A DNA stretch of 64,000 bases from Chiloscyllium plagiosum. Its lineage: Eukaryota. Of the stretch, positions 38,951 through 52,585 are shown one piece after another. Each line of letters begins with the position of its first letter. Position 1 is the first letter of the stretch. The notes under the pieces are model-generated. The model ran no database searches and was not told the origin of the DNA. It saw only the letters and a program-made list of their open reading frames with translations. A program made the translations under genes and the position numbers. The DNA lies in the NCBI RefSeq assembly GCF_004010195.1, contig NC_057739.1:44535734-44599733 (forward strand). Reading direction: 5' to 3'.

Positions 38951-41900
38951 CGGCAGTGGAAAACTGCTCAGTATTCCAGGAAGCTACCGCCCCCCCTCCC
39001 CCACTGACATCTTCACATTCTTTGACAGACATACACGTGTGGACCCACAGGCACACACGTGACAATATGGTGGGAAAGTGACCAAACCTGCCTTTGCAGT
39101 GCCTTCTGGGAAAATGTCTCCACACCCACAGGGAAGTGTGTGGCTAAAGTTGTCTTTAACTTTGTACTGTGCAATCCTGTGACTCCTTACCCCACCTCTT
39201 CCCCAACCAAATCTTTCCATCTCCCTTCCTCCCTCCACTATCAAGGGATATGCACTAAAGGTGCTGAGCAAGACATGAGTAATTGCACTCTGAATGATGA
39301 CAATGGCATTTACTACAATGATAGAGTACAGTAGCAAGATAAATTAATAATTATGTGTCACTGAGCTAAAGAAGGAGAAGCCCAGTTCTGCCATGCTATC
39401 TTGGTTGTTTTCTGTTGTGCTACCTGTGTTAGAGTGGTCTAGTCCAACTTAACTTAACCTTAAAACAGTAGCTGAGAGCTCAATCATTTCAAATTGAATG
39501 ATCCAGTCCAAACCCAAACTGCAGTCCACCTTCCATTACTTTGAGATACTGTAAACTCCTCACTATATCCTGAGATACAGTGAGGTTTCCTGGATCTTCA
39601 GTATCACAGCATTATGACCTCCTGAAAGTTATGGTGGTGGTGTTGGAGACTGGGAAGTGACTGACCAAAATTATCTCTGGGACTGAGGGAAACATTTTGC
39701 AGGTTACTTGCTTTTTAGTACTGGCATCTCCACCCAGCGCCATAGGGATAAATGCAGAAACCTTTTTCAATTGCAGCAATATTCAAATAACTGGCCAGGC
39801 TTTCAGACTCGTTGCTGCTGATTCGAGCAAAGTGCAGAACACCTTGTTTCTTTAAAGTTTGAGGTGTTGCATCACAGCCTATGATTGATATTCAGTGCAG
39901 AAACTGAGAATCAGTATGCCTTGTTGAGTCAGAATCGATATCACTATTGTTAAATTTGTATTTAAGCTTTCTACAGTACTCCAGTCTCCCGTATGAAATC
40001 CCTTTTTTAATGTTGTAGGGAAACATTGTCTGAAATGATCACATCTGATCTTTAAAGATGCCTCTTAACTGCTGGTGATTTGTTCAGGAGTTCATACCAA
40101 CATTAGTCCATCACATAGGCTAAAAATAATTCAGCTGTCTTCAACCACCAGGACTCTTGCGTGTTTAGTGCTAAACCTTAATCTGTCCCCATATTTAATA
40201 CTAAACCATCCCAGCATTTCTCTAAAGAGACAACTTTTCTTTGTAGCAATAATGGTAGGACTAATGAGAAGACAACAGTTCAAATCTTTGTGTCGCCACT
40301 CTGTTACCTACTTGCACCCCTTGTGTTTAACACCTTTTGTTTTAATTGGGTTATCAAGCTAAACATCAACTAAATGTGCTCAGCATTCGCAACACTGTGG
40401 TCAGCAGTGATTTCAAGACTTGGTCAGGGTCATTCCAAATTTTGGAATTTATCACAACACTTATTACCCACATGTTTTTTTTTGGAAAGCTCATTAAACT
40501 TTAACATTATAACTGGGCAGGACCAACCCTTCAGTAATTCCTGTTCCTGTTATTCCCAGTGAAGCTGCATCCCCCGAAGATCACATTCTATAATTGAGTT
40601 TATCACACAATAGGCTGTTGATAATTAGCTGTTTGTGATAAAGAGTGCAGAAATGTCCCCACTTATATTTTCCCTGCATTCCAACAGAATTGTCTGAAGG
40701 TTGAATCCGTATCCAGTGTGTATAATTTGTTTTTGATAATTGGGTAAGTGATTTGTTGTATTGCAAAATGCTGGAAGCTGGGTTTTGTTGGGTCTGATAG
40801 TGCAACTTGGTTATGTGCTTTCCCCTGTACATTGCCAGTCATGTGTTTTAAAGTGTGAATTTCTTTCCTCCTCTTCACCCACCAAACATTGAAAGGTCTG
40901 CCTTTCTGGTCACTGAAGCTCTTGATCTGCTTGCATTCGGCCCATTGCAGTGCTAGTCCCTTGTGGCACTGTTCAAGTTTAAGAGAATCTGAGTGAAGCA
41001 GAGAGCTGCAAGTTCAGTCGAGCATTTTCTTCAGTGCGAGGTCAAGACAAAGAGGAACGTTGGTAATTAAACGTATAGTGTTAATTGGAATTAAAGTTGT
41101 ACTGACCGGGAGAAGCCATCCACATTCCTGCAGTGAAAATACCCATTGCTATAACTGCCCAGTGTCTTGGTGACTCACTTTTCTTACTGGTTATAGGTTC
41201 CCAGTCTGGCTTTGTGATGTGACGTCCAAGGTTTGAAGCTTTCTATGACACAGTTACTCTTCCTTTCTGCATTTAACCCCCAATGCACCTTTTTCTGACA
41301 ATTTCACCTCAGTTCCTAACAAAGGGAACTGTTGTTTGTCTTCTCATGGAGGAGGTGGATAATGGTAATTCCACTTTGTTCTGCCAAAAGTTAAGAAAAA
41401 GGCCTTTTTGCTTATTGCTGGTACTTCATACAGGCTATCCCAACACAAAGTAATTTTCCTGGGGAGGCCTGCGAACTGGGGAATCAAATAGTTCCCTCCA
41501 GACCTGTCCTGCAATTTTGGGTGTGGGGTATAGAGTTTAAATCTCCATTCCAACCAATGTTCATTTCTGATACCAACGGGTCAGGATTCTTCCACTAATG
41601 AGGGGGCAGCACTTAGAAACAAAACCACAATGTCCCAACCTCCCATAAGTCAAAGGAACACAGGAAGGCCATACAGCCCCTCGAGCCCTGACTTCAGGCC
41701 GTTTTTTTTTGGGGGGGGGGGAATTTCTGCTTCCATTTACGTAAATATTTTCTGAACCTGACACTTGAATTTCCAGTTGTTCCAGTTTTAAAATTAGCTC
41801 CCCCACCTCTGCTCTCTGAGTTGGATTGCTTTGAACTCGGGCAGTGTCCTCTGCCAATAACAAAGTGGAATTTTGGGCTCCGGGACTGAGCTATCATTCT

Positions 41901-44880
41901 CTCCCCACACCCATCCCACACATAAAGGGAACATTTCAATTTATTCTTTAAGTATCATTTTGAGTCACCACAATTTCTGTTCTTAGTGTGTCCTTTTTCT
42001 TTTCATGTTAGCCCAGCTTTTGCAGGACCCAACCTTATCCTTGCTTTCCCATTTGCTCCATTTACCCTGACCATGTGTGCCTTGGCATCTGACACCTCTC
42101 ATTGTGTGTGGGGTGGGGTGGGAAGGGAAGCTTGGAATAAGATTGGATGCCATTAAGGAGTCCCAGTTAGTTGGGAGATGGTTAAGGAGCAGTATCACAC
42201 TGCAGTGGCTGGATGGTTTTAGGGACCACCTTTGTCCCACATCACTCATGCAAAGGTTACTCACCATTACCACGCCACAGATTCTGTTCCCTAATGCTCC
42301 TAATTGTTGCTCGGTTGTGTATTCGCGTCTGCCATGTGACAAGATTGTATCAAAGATGAAAACCCTCCAGATTATGGACTGAGAAGTTGATTGTTTATTA
42401 GACTAAATTTTTCAAAATATTGATGTTTTGAGGGGGTTACATTGTTTCAGATAAGTGTTGATTCAGCTTATTATCATTGTATATGGAAATACTTTGGAAT
42501 GACATTATCAATGGATAAGTAGTATATAAGACAAATCAATGCAACTGATTAGGATCTAATGAATGGAATATTTTTTTCTGAACTAAAACAAATCCTACTT
42601 CTAATGTGGCTCTCCAATATTGGTTTCAAAAGTTTTTTTATAAATTAGTGGATCCTCCCAATTCTGGTAAACAGTCAACAGCAAAACTCTAGGGTTTGCT
42701 ATAATGCTCTTGCAAAGGAAACACTGCAGTAAAATGACAGTATTGATCCCAGATTTAGACCATTTCCCTTGGACTTTTATGCATGCACACACACACTTGC
42801 CTCCTGTGTATCTATCTCTTGTACCTTTCCCTCTCACACTCCATTTAGCCTTCTCCCATCTTCTATGAAAGATAATAAATTGATTGTCTCTCTTCTACAA
42901 TATCTGTTGGCATCTGCCAGCTTCTCATTTGTTGACAATCACAATCTATCTCTCTTTCTTTCTTCTCTGTCTCTATTATGCACATTCCTTACATTTGTTC
43001 TACGTCTCCCTTTCCACCCCATCAACAAGACATAACAAATAGACTATCTTGTGCACAGTCTGTCTGTTTGTACACTGTCACGTGTTCTCTCTCTCTCTCA
43101 CACTGCCCAACAATACCTGTTGGGAGAAGGATGCTTGGTAGAAAGCCAAGTATTAAAATAAGCGTGCAGCTGAAGGTGCTGTTTTTGACAATATTCAGTG
43201 TTATTTTAGAATTGATTTAATATAAATTGCGAATGCTTAGAACTATGGTGTTTATAACTAGATGTGGTGATCAGTGTTTTAATTGATATGACAGAACCCT
43301 GAAGGTCACAATGATACTATAGAGAGACTGAATAAATGCCTCCTATTTTCCCAATAATAGTTATTCTTATGTTATATATTTGCCTTATGATGAACTTTAA
43401 TTGCTTTTCTTAAATGTTGTAATAGATTTCTTTTTGATATTGGGATTGGAGTGCAAAAGTCTTAAAACGTGGTGCATCTGAGTATAGCTCAGTTGCACTT
43501 ATCCCAGTTTATGGGCAGATGGGGATTAGACTCTTGAATTGGAAGACTTTATTTGAAAGCCTTCCTTTCCCATGACATTTACAACCAGTGGCAGAGAGGT
43601 ACAAGGACGTGGCTAGTCTCTGATTGGCAGGCCAGTGATCCAACTGGGCAGTATTACATATCTGCCTGGCTCAGATAAGATTGTCCAGGCTCATGGAGAG
43701 GTAATGTACTTCTGTGCAAAGAGCAAATAGCAGCCTTAACGTGTTCTGCACAGCTTGATCCTTTGCAGATAGGGATGTGTGTGACCAAGAGGTGGTAGTT
43801 CAGAGAGGGAAAGGAACGAGACAGCAAATGATTGATTTTCCTTGCCAGCATTTGTGGCTGAAGTGGGGATGACATTTAGTGATCAGTACAAGAGCTAATC
43901 CCTTTGAAGCATGAATGACCAAAGCTAATGATGTTATTTCAACTGCCATAGGATCCTAATACGATGAAACTATATTGTTTGTGACTGTTGCTGCATATAA
44001 ACTGTAGCAAATTATGTGCCATCTGACAGCAGGACCGTGAGGGACAGATTGCCTGTTGTGGCTCTTTAGACATGGTTATGTCTCTCTAACTTATTCAGGA
44101 AAGGGTATGAAGGTAGCAACAAAACAGATCTCAACACTAAATTATAGTGCAGGAGGGATCGAATGATTACGAATGCATGATGTTGATCAACTGGAATGTA
44201 TTGCATGTGAGAGCCAGTGCAACTTATTTTTGCATTATGGTTTAGGCTCTTGTTTCATGACTGAGGCTGGCTGTTTAATCTGTGACTGGTTTATTGTATT
44301 TTCATCAAAAACTAAACCTCAATCAACTCTGTGTCAGAAATGCAACAAAACTTGGAAAAGACATATTTATCTGCTACAGCACAATTTTATTTTTGCTGGC
44401 CAGAAACAAGAGTAAATTATTTAATTCTTTTTGCTGTTGATTGTGATGTTTGATTTGAAATTTCTTACTAACACCTCCCCAGGTCATTGCCTGAATAATG
44501 GTATTCAATTACAGTAAAGAAAAGTGAGGTGCATTAGCCAAATTCCACCAAACTTTACCTGAAACCTCTGCATCTTCTACGAATTATAAGTCTCAAGCTC
44601 TTTATGAAGGTTTTTGGGGCCAACTCATTTAGGCTCCTTCTGTGATAAGCTTCTGATTGTGTGAATGTTTCAATAAAGGTTTACTTACTCTGTGTGACAT
44701 TTTGACTGTTAGTACTGTTTTCCAAAGGAAAATGTGCACTTGTATTTAAAATAATTTTACAAATTGCGCTCAATGTTGACACCTGAATTTTAGAATTAAA
44801 AAAATTTGATAGCATATTCTGTTCAAAGCGCATATTGTTGTTTATGTTTCAAAATAAAATTAATTTTAAAACTGTATGTA
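38951..44880 (+). other. Putative long 3' UTR of TBC1D13; candidate AATAAA signals at 43331, 44672 and 44853
   Basis: No recognisable copy of the local repeat families over ~6 kb; AT-rich end with clustered signals; true end not proven. Confidence 0.55.
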
Positions 44881-45089
44881 CTAATTGTTTTTACTCATCT
44901 GTTTCCTATGTTTGTCATCTTGAGCTGAGCTTCTGACAGTTGTTGACAAATCAATCGACTTCCACCAATATCCTTCCCTCAGTTCATCTCTTAAACATCT
45001 CTGTTTCTTTTTAGATTTATCTGCTGTAAATCTCTCCCTGTTGCCCTGCATTTTACAGTCCTCCATAAACTTGTGCTTGTTCAAAACTC

Positions 45090-45220
45090 GAGGAGAAAGT
45101 GAGGGCTGCAGATGCTGGAGATCAGAGCTGAAAATGTGTTGCTGGAAAAGCGCAGCAGGTCAGGCAGCATCCAAGGAACAGGAGAATCGACGTTTCGGGC
45201 ATAAACCCTTCTTCAGGAAG
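45090..45220 (-). mobile_element. Family A terminal fragment with hammerhead core
   Basis: Core at 45188-45217 (- strand); TSD ttcaaaactc at 45080-45089 and 45227-45236. Confidence 0.8.
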
Positions 45221-45809
45221 CCCTTATTCAAAACTCTGTATCCTCATTCTTATCAAGTCCCATCACAATTGCCCCTTGTTTGTGCTGATGTACATTGATT
45301 GATTCCTTTTGGCAATCCCTGTTATAAAATTCTCATCCCATTGTGAAATCCCTGCCTGGTCTTTTCTCATCAATTCCCCCCTTGCTCCCCACCTCCTCTA
45401 ATCCTTTGACCTTTGTGCTTCATATTTGACCAATTTTGCATCCCTCAGTTTTTCACCCTTCACCAGCAATACTTTAAGCTGCCTGGACTCTAAGCCCTAA
45501 ATCCCACTTCCTTTAAGATACTGCTTTAAAACCCCCACAATAGTGACCAAGTTTACAGTCATCTGTCCCAATATCTCCTTGGTGAGATTTTTAAGCATTT
45601 GCCAACACGTGTGAAATGCTTCAGGTTGTTTTGCTAAGTCCTAGATGCTATATAAATGCAAGTTGTCTCTTGTCATAGACATGAGGTTTAACATGGAAAG
45701 AGGTTCATTGTGTGCACACCAGTCTGGAATGCTGCTGACCTGCTGTGCTTTTCCAGCACCACACTCTCAACTCTGATCTCCAGCGTTTGCAGTCCTCACT
45801 TTCTCCTAT

Positions 45810-46920
45810 CCAACCATTCAATGTGTCTTCCCTTGCCTTGAGAGTGCTCCTGGAATGCATCACTTCTCATTTTTAAGGATTAAAATCCATTTGCTACTGA
45901 CCAGTCCATCTGAGGGTTTCTTTGTCACTGTTTACCACACCACCAATTTTCATGTCATTTGTGAATTTACTGATCAAAGCTCCTACCTTCTTATTTATGT
46001 CATTAATGTATACAACAAACAGCAAGGGACCCACCATTAAACCCTGTGGTGCACCACCGGACATGGGCTTCCAGTCACCAAGAACACCCTTCCACCATCA
46101 GCCTTTGCTTCCTGCCACTAAGCCAAATTGCACCAGATCCCATGGGCTCTTTGCTGCTTAATCAGTCTGCCATGTGAGACCTTGTCAATGGTATCAGTGA
46201 AGTCCATGTAGACTATAGCCCCTGCATTACCCTCATCTATTCACATCCTCACCACCTCCCAAAAAAAACCTGTCAGACATGATCTTCCCTTACAAAGCTA
46301 TGTTGACTATTCTGAATTTATCCTTATTTCTCCAAGTGGAGATTTAATTATGGAGGAGAAAGTGAGGTCTCCAGATGCTGGAGATCAAAGTTGAAACTTT
46401 ATTGCTGGAACAGCACAGCAGGTCAGGCAGCATCCAGGGAACAGGAGAATGCCCATTCTAATTGTTTCCCTTCCACAGAAGTTAGGTTCACTGGCCTGTA
46501 TTTCTTGATTTATCCTTACCAGTCGTTTTGAATAATGGAACCATGTTAGCTGTTCTCCCATCTGCTGTACTCCTCCAGTGGCAAGCGACGATTTGGAAAT
46601 TAACATGCCATCTCCTCCCTTCATTCCTGCAGCAGCCTTGAATAAGTTTTCATCTGGCCCTGGAGATATATTCACTTTTATTGCTGTTAGAACTGCTGAG
46701 ACTTCTCTGTTAATTTTCTAAGTGTACCACAGCCCCCTTCCTGATTTCTATACTTAGATCATCATCCTCCACAATGAGTACAGACGCAAAGTACTCCTTT
46801 AAAATTTGTCTTCTGACTCAAAATACAGATTGCCATTTTAGTCCCTAATGGGCCCTGCTTTTTTTCTCCCTTGGTTATCCTCTTACCCCTAACAGGCATA
46901 AAAAAAACCTTTGGGATTTC
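45810..46920 (-). mobile_element. Old CR1 fragment interrupted by a family A piece (46352-46450)
   Basis: SPGPD motif and decayed RT sequence on the - strand. Confidence 0.7.
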
Positions 46921-47200
46921 CCCTAATGTTTCATGTTTTTTTTCTTGCCTCCCATATGTTCTAATTTCTTTTTTTGAAGAAAACCCCTGAGTTTTCTATA
47001 CCCGAGGGCATCAAGTATTTTTGCACTGGTGTAACCTGATCTGGAGGTTTTGTGAATGTTGTGCATAATTGCACTTGACTGATAAAACATTGGATTGCAA
47101 TTACCATTAAATAAAGTAATTCTGCTAGGCTCTTCCTTTTGCTTAGGAGGCACAACTTATGGAATTATTATATCAGTTCAGTTTGAGCTAAACAAATGGA

Positions 47201-47415
47201 GTTGAAGAGTATGGCACTAGAAAAACACAGCCGGTCAGGCAGCATCCAAGAAGCAGGAGAATCGACATTTTGGGTATAAGCCCGATTTCTGATGGAGAGT
47301 TTATGTCCAAAGCATCGATTCTCCCTCTCCTCAGATGCTGCCTGACCTGCTGTGCTTCTCTAGCGCCACAGTCTTCGCCTCTGATCTCCAGCATCTGCAG
47401 TCCGCACTTTCTCCT
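47201..47415. mobile_element. Family A inverted-repeat element
   Basis: 15 bp TSD agctaaacaaatgga at 47186-47200 and 47416-47430. Confidence 0.85.
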
Positions 47416-47430
47416 AGCTAAACAAATGGA

Positions 47431-47611
47431 AATTTGTACAGCCAGTCACTGGCCTACAAATGGGTTCGTAACTTGATTTGTACGCAAAGCAGGGCAATAT
47501 AAAGCACAGGAAATTTCGATATGTCGAATCTTAATTACACCCCTGTATGCGATTGGATTCATAAGTACGAGAACTCATAAGTCAGATATTTGTAAATCGG
47601 GGATCCCTGTA
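47431..47611. mobile_element. Possible Tigger/pogo-like MITE right end hosting the 47201 insertion
   Basis: Terminus gtaaatcggggatccctg followed by TA; left TIR not found. Confidence 0.35.
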
Positions 47612-49079
47612 ATCTAAATCCTAATATTACAAATAACATCGAAACTGGGAACACAGGAGCAGGCTCTCTGGCTCCTCAAGCTTCTGTCATTCAATAATTT
47701 CATGGCTGATCTGGTTGTTCTCTCCATGTTCCTGCCTGCTCTTGAACAGGTCACTGCCTAAGGATACAATGTAGGCCATTTAAGACTCAGATCAGGAGAA
47801 ATGTCTTCACCCAGAGAATGATGAGCCTGTGGAATTCTCTTAACACATAAAGCAGTTGAGGCTAAACCATTGAATGTTTTCAGGAAGGAGTTAGATGCAG
47901 TTGCTAGGGCTAAAGTGATCAAAGAATGTGGGAAGAAAGCAGGAACAAGAACTGAGTGAACAATCAGCCATGATCACGTTGACAGCTGACTCCAAGAATT
48001 GAACGTTTCCCGATGAAGGGCTCTGGTCCGAAACATTGATTTTCCTGCTCCTTGGATGCGACCTGACCTGCTGTGCTTTTCCCAGCAACACACTCTCAAC
48101 TCTGATCTCCAGCGTCTCCACTGTCTCCAAGAACTGAATGGTCTACTCCCTCCTAGCTGTTGTGTTGACCAATATTACCAAACCCTCTGTTCAGCTGCAG
48201 AGCCCAATGAGTCACTGCTTTGCACTTTGAGCAAGTTAATGTTTGTTTAACTTAATTTAACTTCATTCTCAATAAGGTGATCAGCACTTGGGGCTTATCG
48301 ACCTCTCCCCATAGCTCTCCTGCTTAACCAAAATGTCGAAAAAAGATTTTTCAGTTAGCTCTGCTCCTTGAAATTTTTAATGGTCATTTTTATTTGTTGT
48401 CTACTTAAATTGTCAATTTATTTCTTTGGATTTTCCTAATTCCTGTGTACTGTTATACCAAACCTTGCATGACTTGAAATTGCTCATCAACTCTGAAGTG
48501 AGAAAAATTGAAAATTGGTAATAAGACTGGACAGCCTTGTTATAAAGAGTACTTTTTTTAACAGTTAACATTTTAAGTTCATAGACTTTTTCCCCCAGAG
48601 TTCCACAATCTGCACCTTGCTCCCTTCTCTGTCTATTAAAAAAATCCATTTACCAACACCATTCAGTTCTGAAGAGTCCTACCAGACGACATTAATTCTG
48701 TTTCTCTCTCCACAGACGCTGACAGACCTGCTGAGTTTCTACATTCTTCTCTGCATTTGTTTCGGATTTCCATAATTCACAGTATTTTGCCTTTTGCAGA
48801 TGGTGGAGAGGCTCAGCGCAAAAGTCAAAGGGCTTGTTAAAGGCTCTGAAGGGGTGTGGTGGGGAGAAAAAGATGTAAAATGTGTGTGAATGAAGGCAGT
48901 GTCTATCAATTTCTGAAGGCCCAGTTGATTCTGCACTGCTGTGAGGCTCAAGCTGAAATAAAGAACAGATTATGATGTGGTCAGTTTCTGAAATTACGGA
49001 ATTTGATGTTGAGACCTTAAGGTTGTAAATTGCCTAAACAGAAAATGATGTGTTGCTGAGTTTCTCTAGCATTAAAATA

Positions 49080-49620
49080 GACATAGAAAATAGGAGCTTA
49101 GGCCATTCAGCCCTTTGAGCTGCCTCTGCCACTCATTATGATCGTAGCTGATCATCCAACTCAATAGTATATTTTCTGCTTTTTGCCCATATAATGGGAT
49201 CAGGATCCAATCCTTTGAGCCTGTTCCTCCATTCAATGAGATAATGGCTCATCTGTGCCTAACTTCATATATTTGCTTTTGGCCCATATCCCTTAATACC
49301 TTCGATAATTTTTTGTTAAGCAATCTCAGATTTAAAACCAATAACTGATCCAGAACAACTGGCATTTGTGGAAGGGAGTTCCAAACCTCTCCCACCCTTT
49401 GTGTGTAAAATTGCTTCCTAACATCTCGCCTGAACGGTCTGGTCTTAATTTTCAGACTATGCCTCCAGTTCAAAAATCTCCAACTAGTGGAAATTATTTA
49501 TCAACTCAGTCTTTTTGTTAATATCTTGAAAACTTTGAACAGATCACCCCTAAACCTTCTAAGTTAGAAAACAAAAAGGCCATATTTGTCGAATTGATAC
49601 CAGTGGTGGTTGCTTTGGTA
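49080..49620 (-). mobile_element. CR1 3' fragments
   Basis: HSLKIKTRPFRRDVRKQFYTQRVGEVWNSLP. Confidence 0.75.
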
Positions 49621-50277
49621 GTGGTCTGGTCGGCCCAGTGTGGAGACTCCTGGAATAGACTGCGTGGGGAAAGCATGGCAAAGAGGAGGAGATCGAGCCC
49701 TTGCAGGAAGTGTGGTCACAGCATGGCTAAGCACTTTCAAAAGTCTGCAATGTTTGAATTTTAGCTTTATTTCTTTATTTTTCAACTTAAACATTGCAGT
49801 AATTCTTAATATTAACTTTTAACTTTGTTCTTTCTTCCTACTCTGTTCTTGTGATTCTGTACCTAGGTAATTGTAGCTAAGATGGTGGTTGTGTGACTAT
49901 CTAGAAAGTACCCTGATCTATCCTTTCTTTGTCCAAAATGGATACATTGAACTCCATCTGCACAGTTTTACCCATTCACTAAGTCTATCAATATCTCTTA
50001 GTAATTTTACGCTAAGATCTACGCTGTCTACAAAACTGTTTAACTGTGCCATTTAGATACATGACTTTCTATGCCATTATCTGAATCATTTTAATAAATA
50101 ATGTGAATAAGTGAGGCTTTAACACAGACCCTTACTCATTACCCCTACTTTCTCTCACTTACTGCACCACCAATCAGCCAATTCCATAGTCTGCAACACT
50201 GAACTCTAAAGACTAATTCTGCTTTCTTTCCTAGGTGCTGCCAGAGTTTCTCCAGAAATTTCCAGAGTTTATGATCC

Positions 50278-50465
50278 ATACACCAGATTATTGTCCAACA
50301 GATTTATTTGAAATCACAAGCTCTCAGAGTGCTGCCCCTTGATAAACCACTTCACCTGATGAAGGAGCAGTGCTCTGAAAGCTTGTGATTTTAAAATAAA
50401 TCTGTCGGGACTACAACCCTTGAGGTGTGACTTCTGACCTTGTCCACCTCAGTCCAACCACCTCT
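50278..50465. mobile_element. Family C inverted-repeat element with hammerhead core
   Basis: cac-CTGATGA-A-GGAGC-agt-GCTCT-GAAA-GC-TT-gtg at 50353-50387. Confidence 0.75.
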
Positions 50466-50967
50466 GTTTGTGATCTGGCTCAGTCGCCTGTTCCATAACT
50501 TGTTTGTGTGATTTCTTTAGCCCTCGAGTGCTTATAATACAACTCCTTGAAATCATACAATATTTTAGTATCAAAGCAAGCAAAACAAAAATCAGCAGTT
50601 ATTGAATTTGGCATCTGATTTTTTTGTAAATATATTTATTAGCAATTTCTTTAACTTTACAACCATATGAAATTATTGAAAAATACAATCAATAACAAAT
50701 ATCAGTATAATAAAGGGAAAAAACACAAATTACAATGCAACTACTGTCTACAAATTACGAACCTACCCTATAATACAAAACAAACCCTAACACTGTGCAA
50801 AGCAACACCAATAAATAAGTAATAACTAATAGATAAAAAAGAAAGAAAAGCAAAAGAAAACACAAAAAACAAAACAGCTATGCTCGGAACAAAGCTCCCA
50901 TACAAAAGAACTGATTTGGAGATGCCTGTGTTGGACTGGGATGTACAAAGTTAAAAATCACACAACA

Positions 50968-51293
50968 CCTCTTTTCCCTGGGGTCGGGGAGTCCAGAACT
51001 AGAGGGCATAGGTTTAGGATGAGGGGAAAGAAATAAAAGAGGTCTACAGGGCAACTTTTTCACGCAGACGGTGGTATGTGTATGGAATGAGCTGCTAGAG
51101 GAAGTGTTGGAGGCTGATATAATTGCAACATTTAAGAGGCATTTGGATGAGTATATGAATACGAAGGGCTTGGAGGGATATGGGCTGGGTGCTGGCAGGT
51201 GGGACGAGACTGGGTTGGGATATCTGGTCGGCGTGGACGGGCTGGACCAAAGGGGCTGTTTCCACGCTGTACATCCCTATGACTATGACCAGG
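50968..51293 (+). mobile_element. CR1/HER1-like 3' fragment inserted into a family C arm
   Basis: Family C sequence aaaatcacacaacacc (to ~50969) resumes as ccaggttgtagtccaacag (~51289). Confidence 0.85.
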
Positions 51294-51739
51294 TTGTAGT
51301 CCAACAGGGTTGAAAAGTGTGTTGCTGGAAATGCGCAGCAGGCCCCTGAATTTGTCTAGAGCGATTATTGAGAAGCGATTTTCGTTTCTAACAGACGGGT
51401 TGGACCAAAGGGACTGTTTCCGTGCTGTACATCCCTATGACTATGACCAGGTTGTAGTCCAACAGGGTTGAAAAGTGTGTTGCTGGAAATGCGCAGCAGG
51501 CCAGGCAGCATCCGGGGAGCAGGAGAATCGACATTTCGGGCATGAGCCCTTCTTTGGGAATGAAGAACCACCACCGGAAGAAGGAGCAGCACCCTGAAAG
51601 CTAGTGCTTCCATTTAACCCTGTTGGACTATAACCTGGTGTTGTGTGATTTTTAACTTTAAACAAAAGAACGGGTGCATTGTAGATGTACTAACTGGCAT
51701 CTGATTTCTAGCATCCATGCACGGTTTTGGTATTGATCT

Positions 51740-52370
51740 CCGAGCTGGGGTTTCCGGGTGCCCGGGGCACGCGAGCGCCTGCCCTAGTTACATTTTGGAG
51801 GGAAGCTTTAGCAACAAAGTAACAAGTTTCCATTGATACAGACAGAGGAAGTTACATTTGTCCCCGGGCTCGGGAATGTGGAAGCTGCTGAGCTCCCGCT
51901 GTCTTCTGGCCGGAGTCTCCCTGGCCGCCGGCACTGGCCTGGGTCTCACCCTCGGGATCCACCGGGATCCAGTGGATCGGCTGAGCGGCTTCCCGGTGAT
52001 CGCGGCCGAGAGCGGCCCCCCGGCGCTGTACCCGCCGGCGCCCGCCACCGAGATAGTGAAGTTCGGCTTCCCCGCCGTGCCCCAGCTCCGGAGCCGGGAG
52101 TCCTACGTGTTGGCCTACGACCCCCGGACCAGGAACGCGGCCTGGGTGCTGGAGCAGCTGGATGCCGGCCGCCTGCAGCACAAAGGCTCGGAGCGAGGCC
52201 GCTGCGAGTTCCGGGAGGACCCCTCGGTTCACGAGTACCACCGCGCCCGCAACAGCGACTTCAAGGGCAGCGGCTTCGACCGGGGTCACCTCGCCGCCGC
52301 CGCCAACCACCGCCACAGCCAGAAATGCATGGACGACACCTTCTACCTGAGCAACGTGGTGCCACAGGTT
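51740..52370. promoter_or_regulatory. CpG island covering the ENDOG promoter and exon 1
   Basis: High GC and CpG density against CpG-depleted flanks. Confidence 0.85.
51876..52367 (+). CDS. ENDOG: ENDOG exon 1 (N-terminal targeting-like peptide plus nuclease N-half with DRGH active-site motif)
   Basis: RSRESYVLAYDPRTRNAAWVLEQL and GSGFDRGHLAAAANH...TFYLSNVVPQ; ATG at 51876; donor CAG|gtttaa. Confidence 0.95.
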
Positions 52371-52585
52371 TAAAAAAGAAAGACCATTCAGGCCATCGTA
52401 CCCTCTGATTCAGGCCATTCAAGCCCCCTTGAAACAATCGGGTTCTGAACTAGAGGCATATGCCACTGGTACACTTGATGTGAACAGGGGTTTTGTCAGA
52501 AATGTCAAGGGAGAGATAGCGAGGACTGCAGATGCTGGAAAGACAGTGTAGATAGACTGTGGTACTGGAAAAGCACAGCAGTTCC

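Noticed and set aside
51833-52408. 191 aa alternative-frame ORF and 154 aa antisense ORF (51852-52316)
   Set aside because: Stop-poor shadows of the GC-rich ENDOG exon 1; low complexity and no recognisable domain
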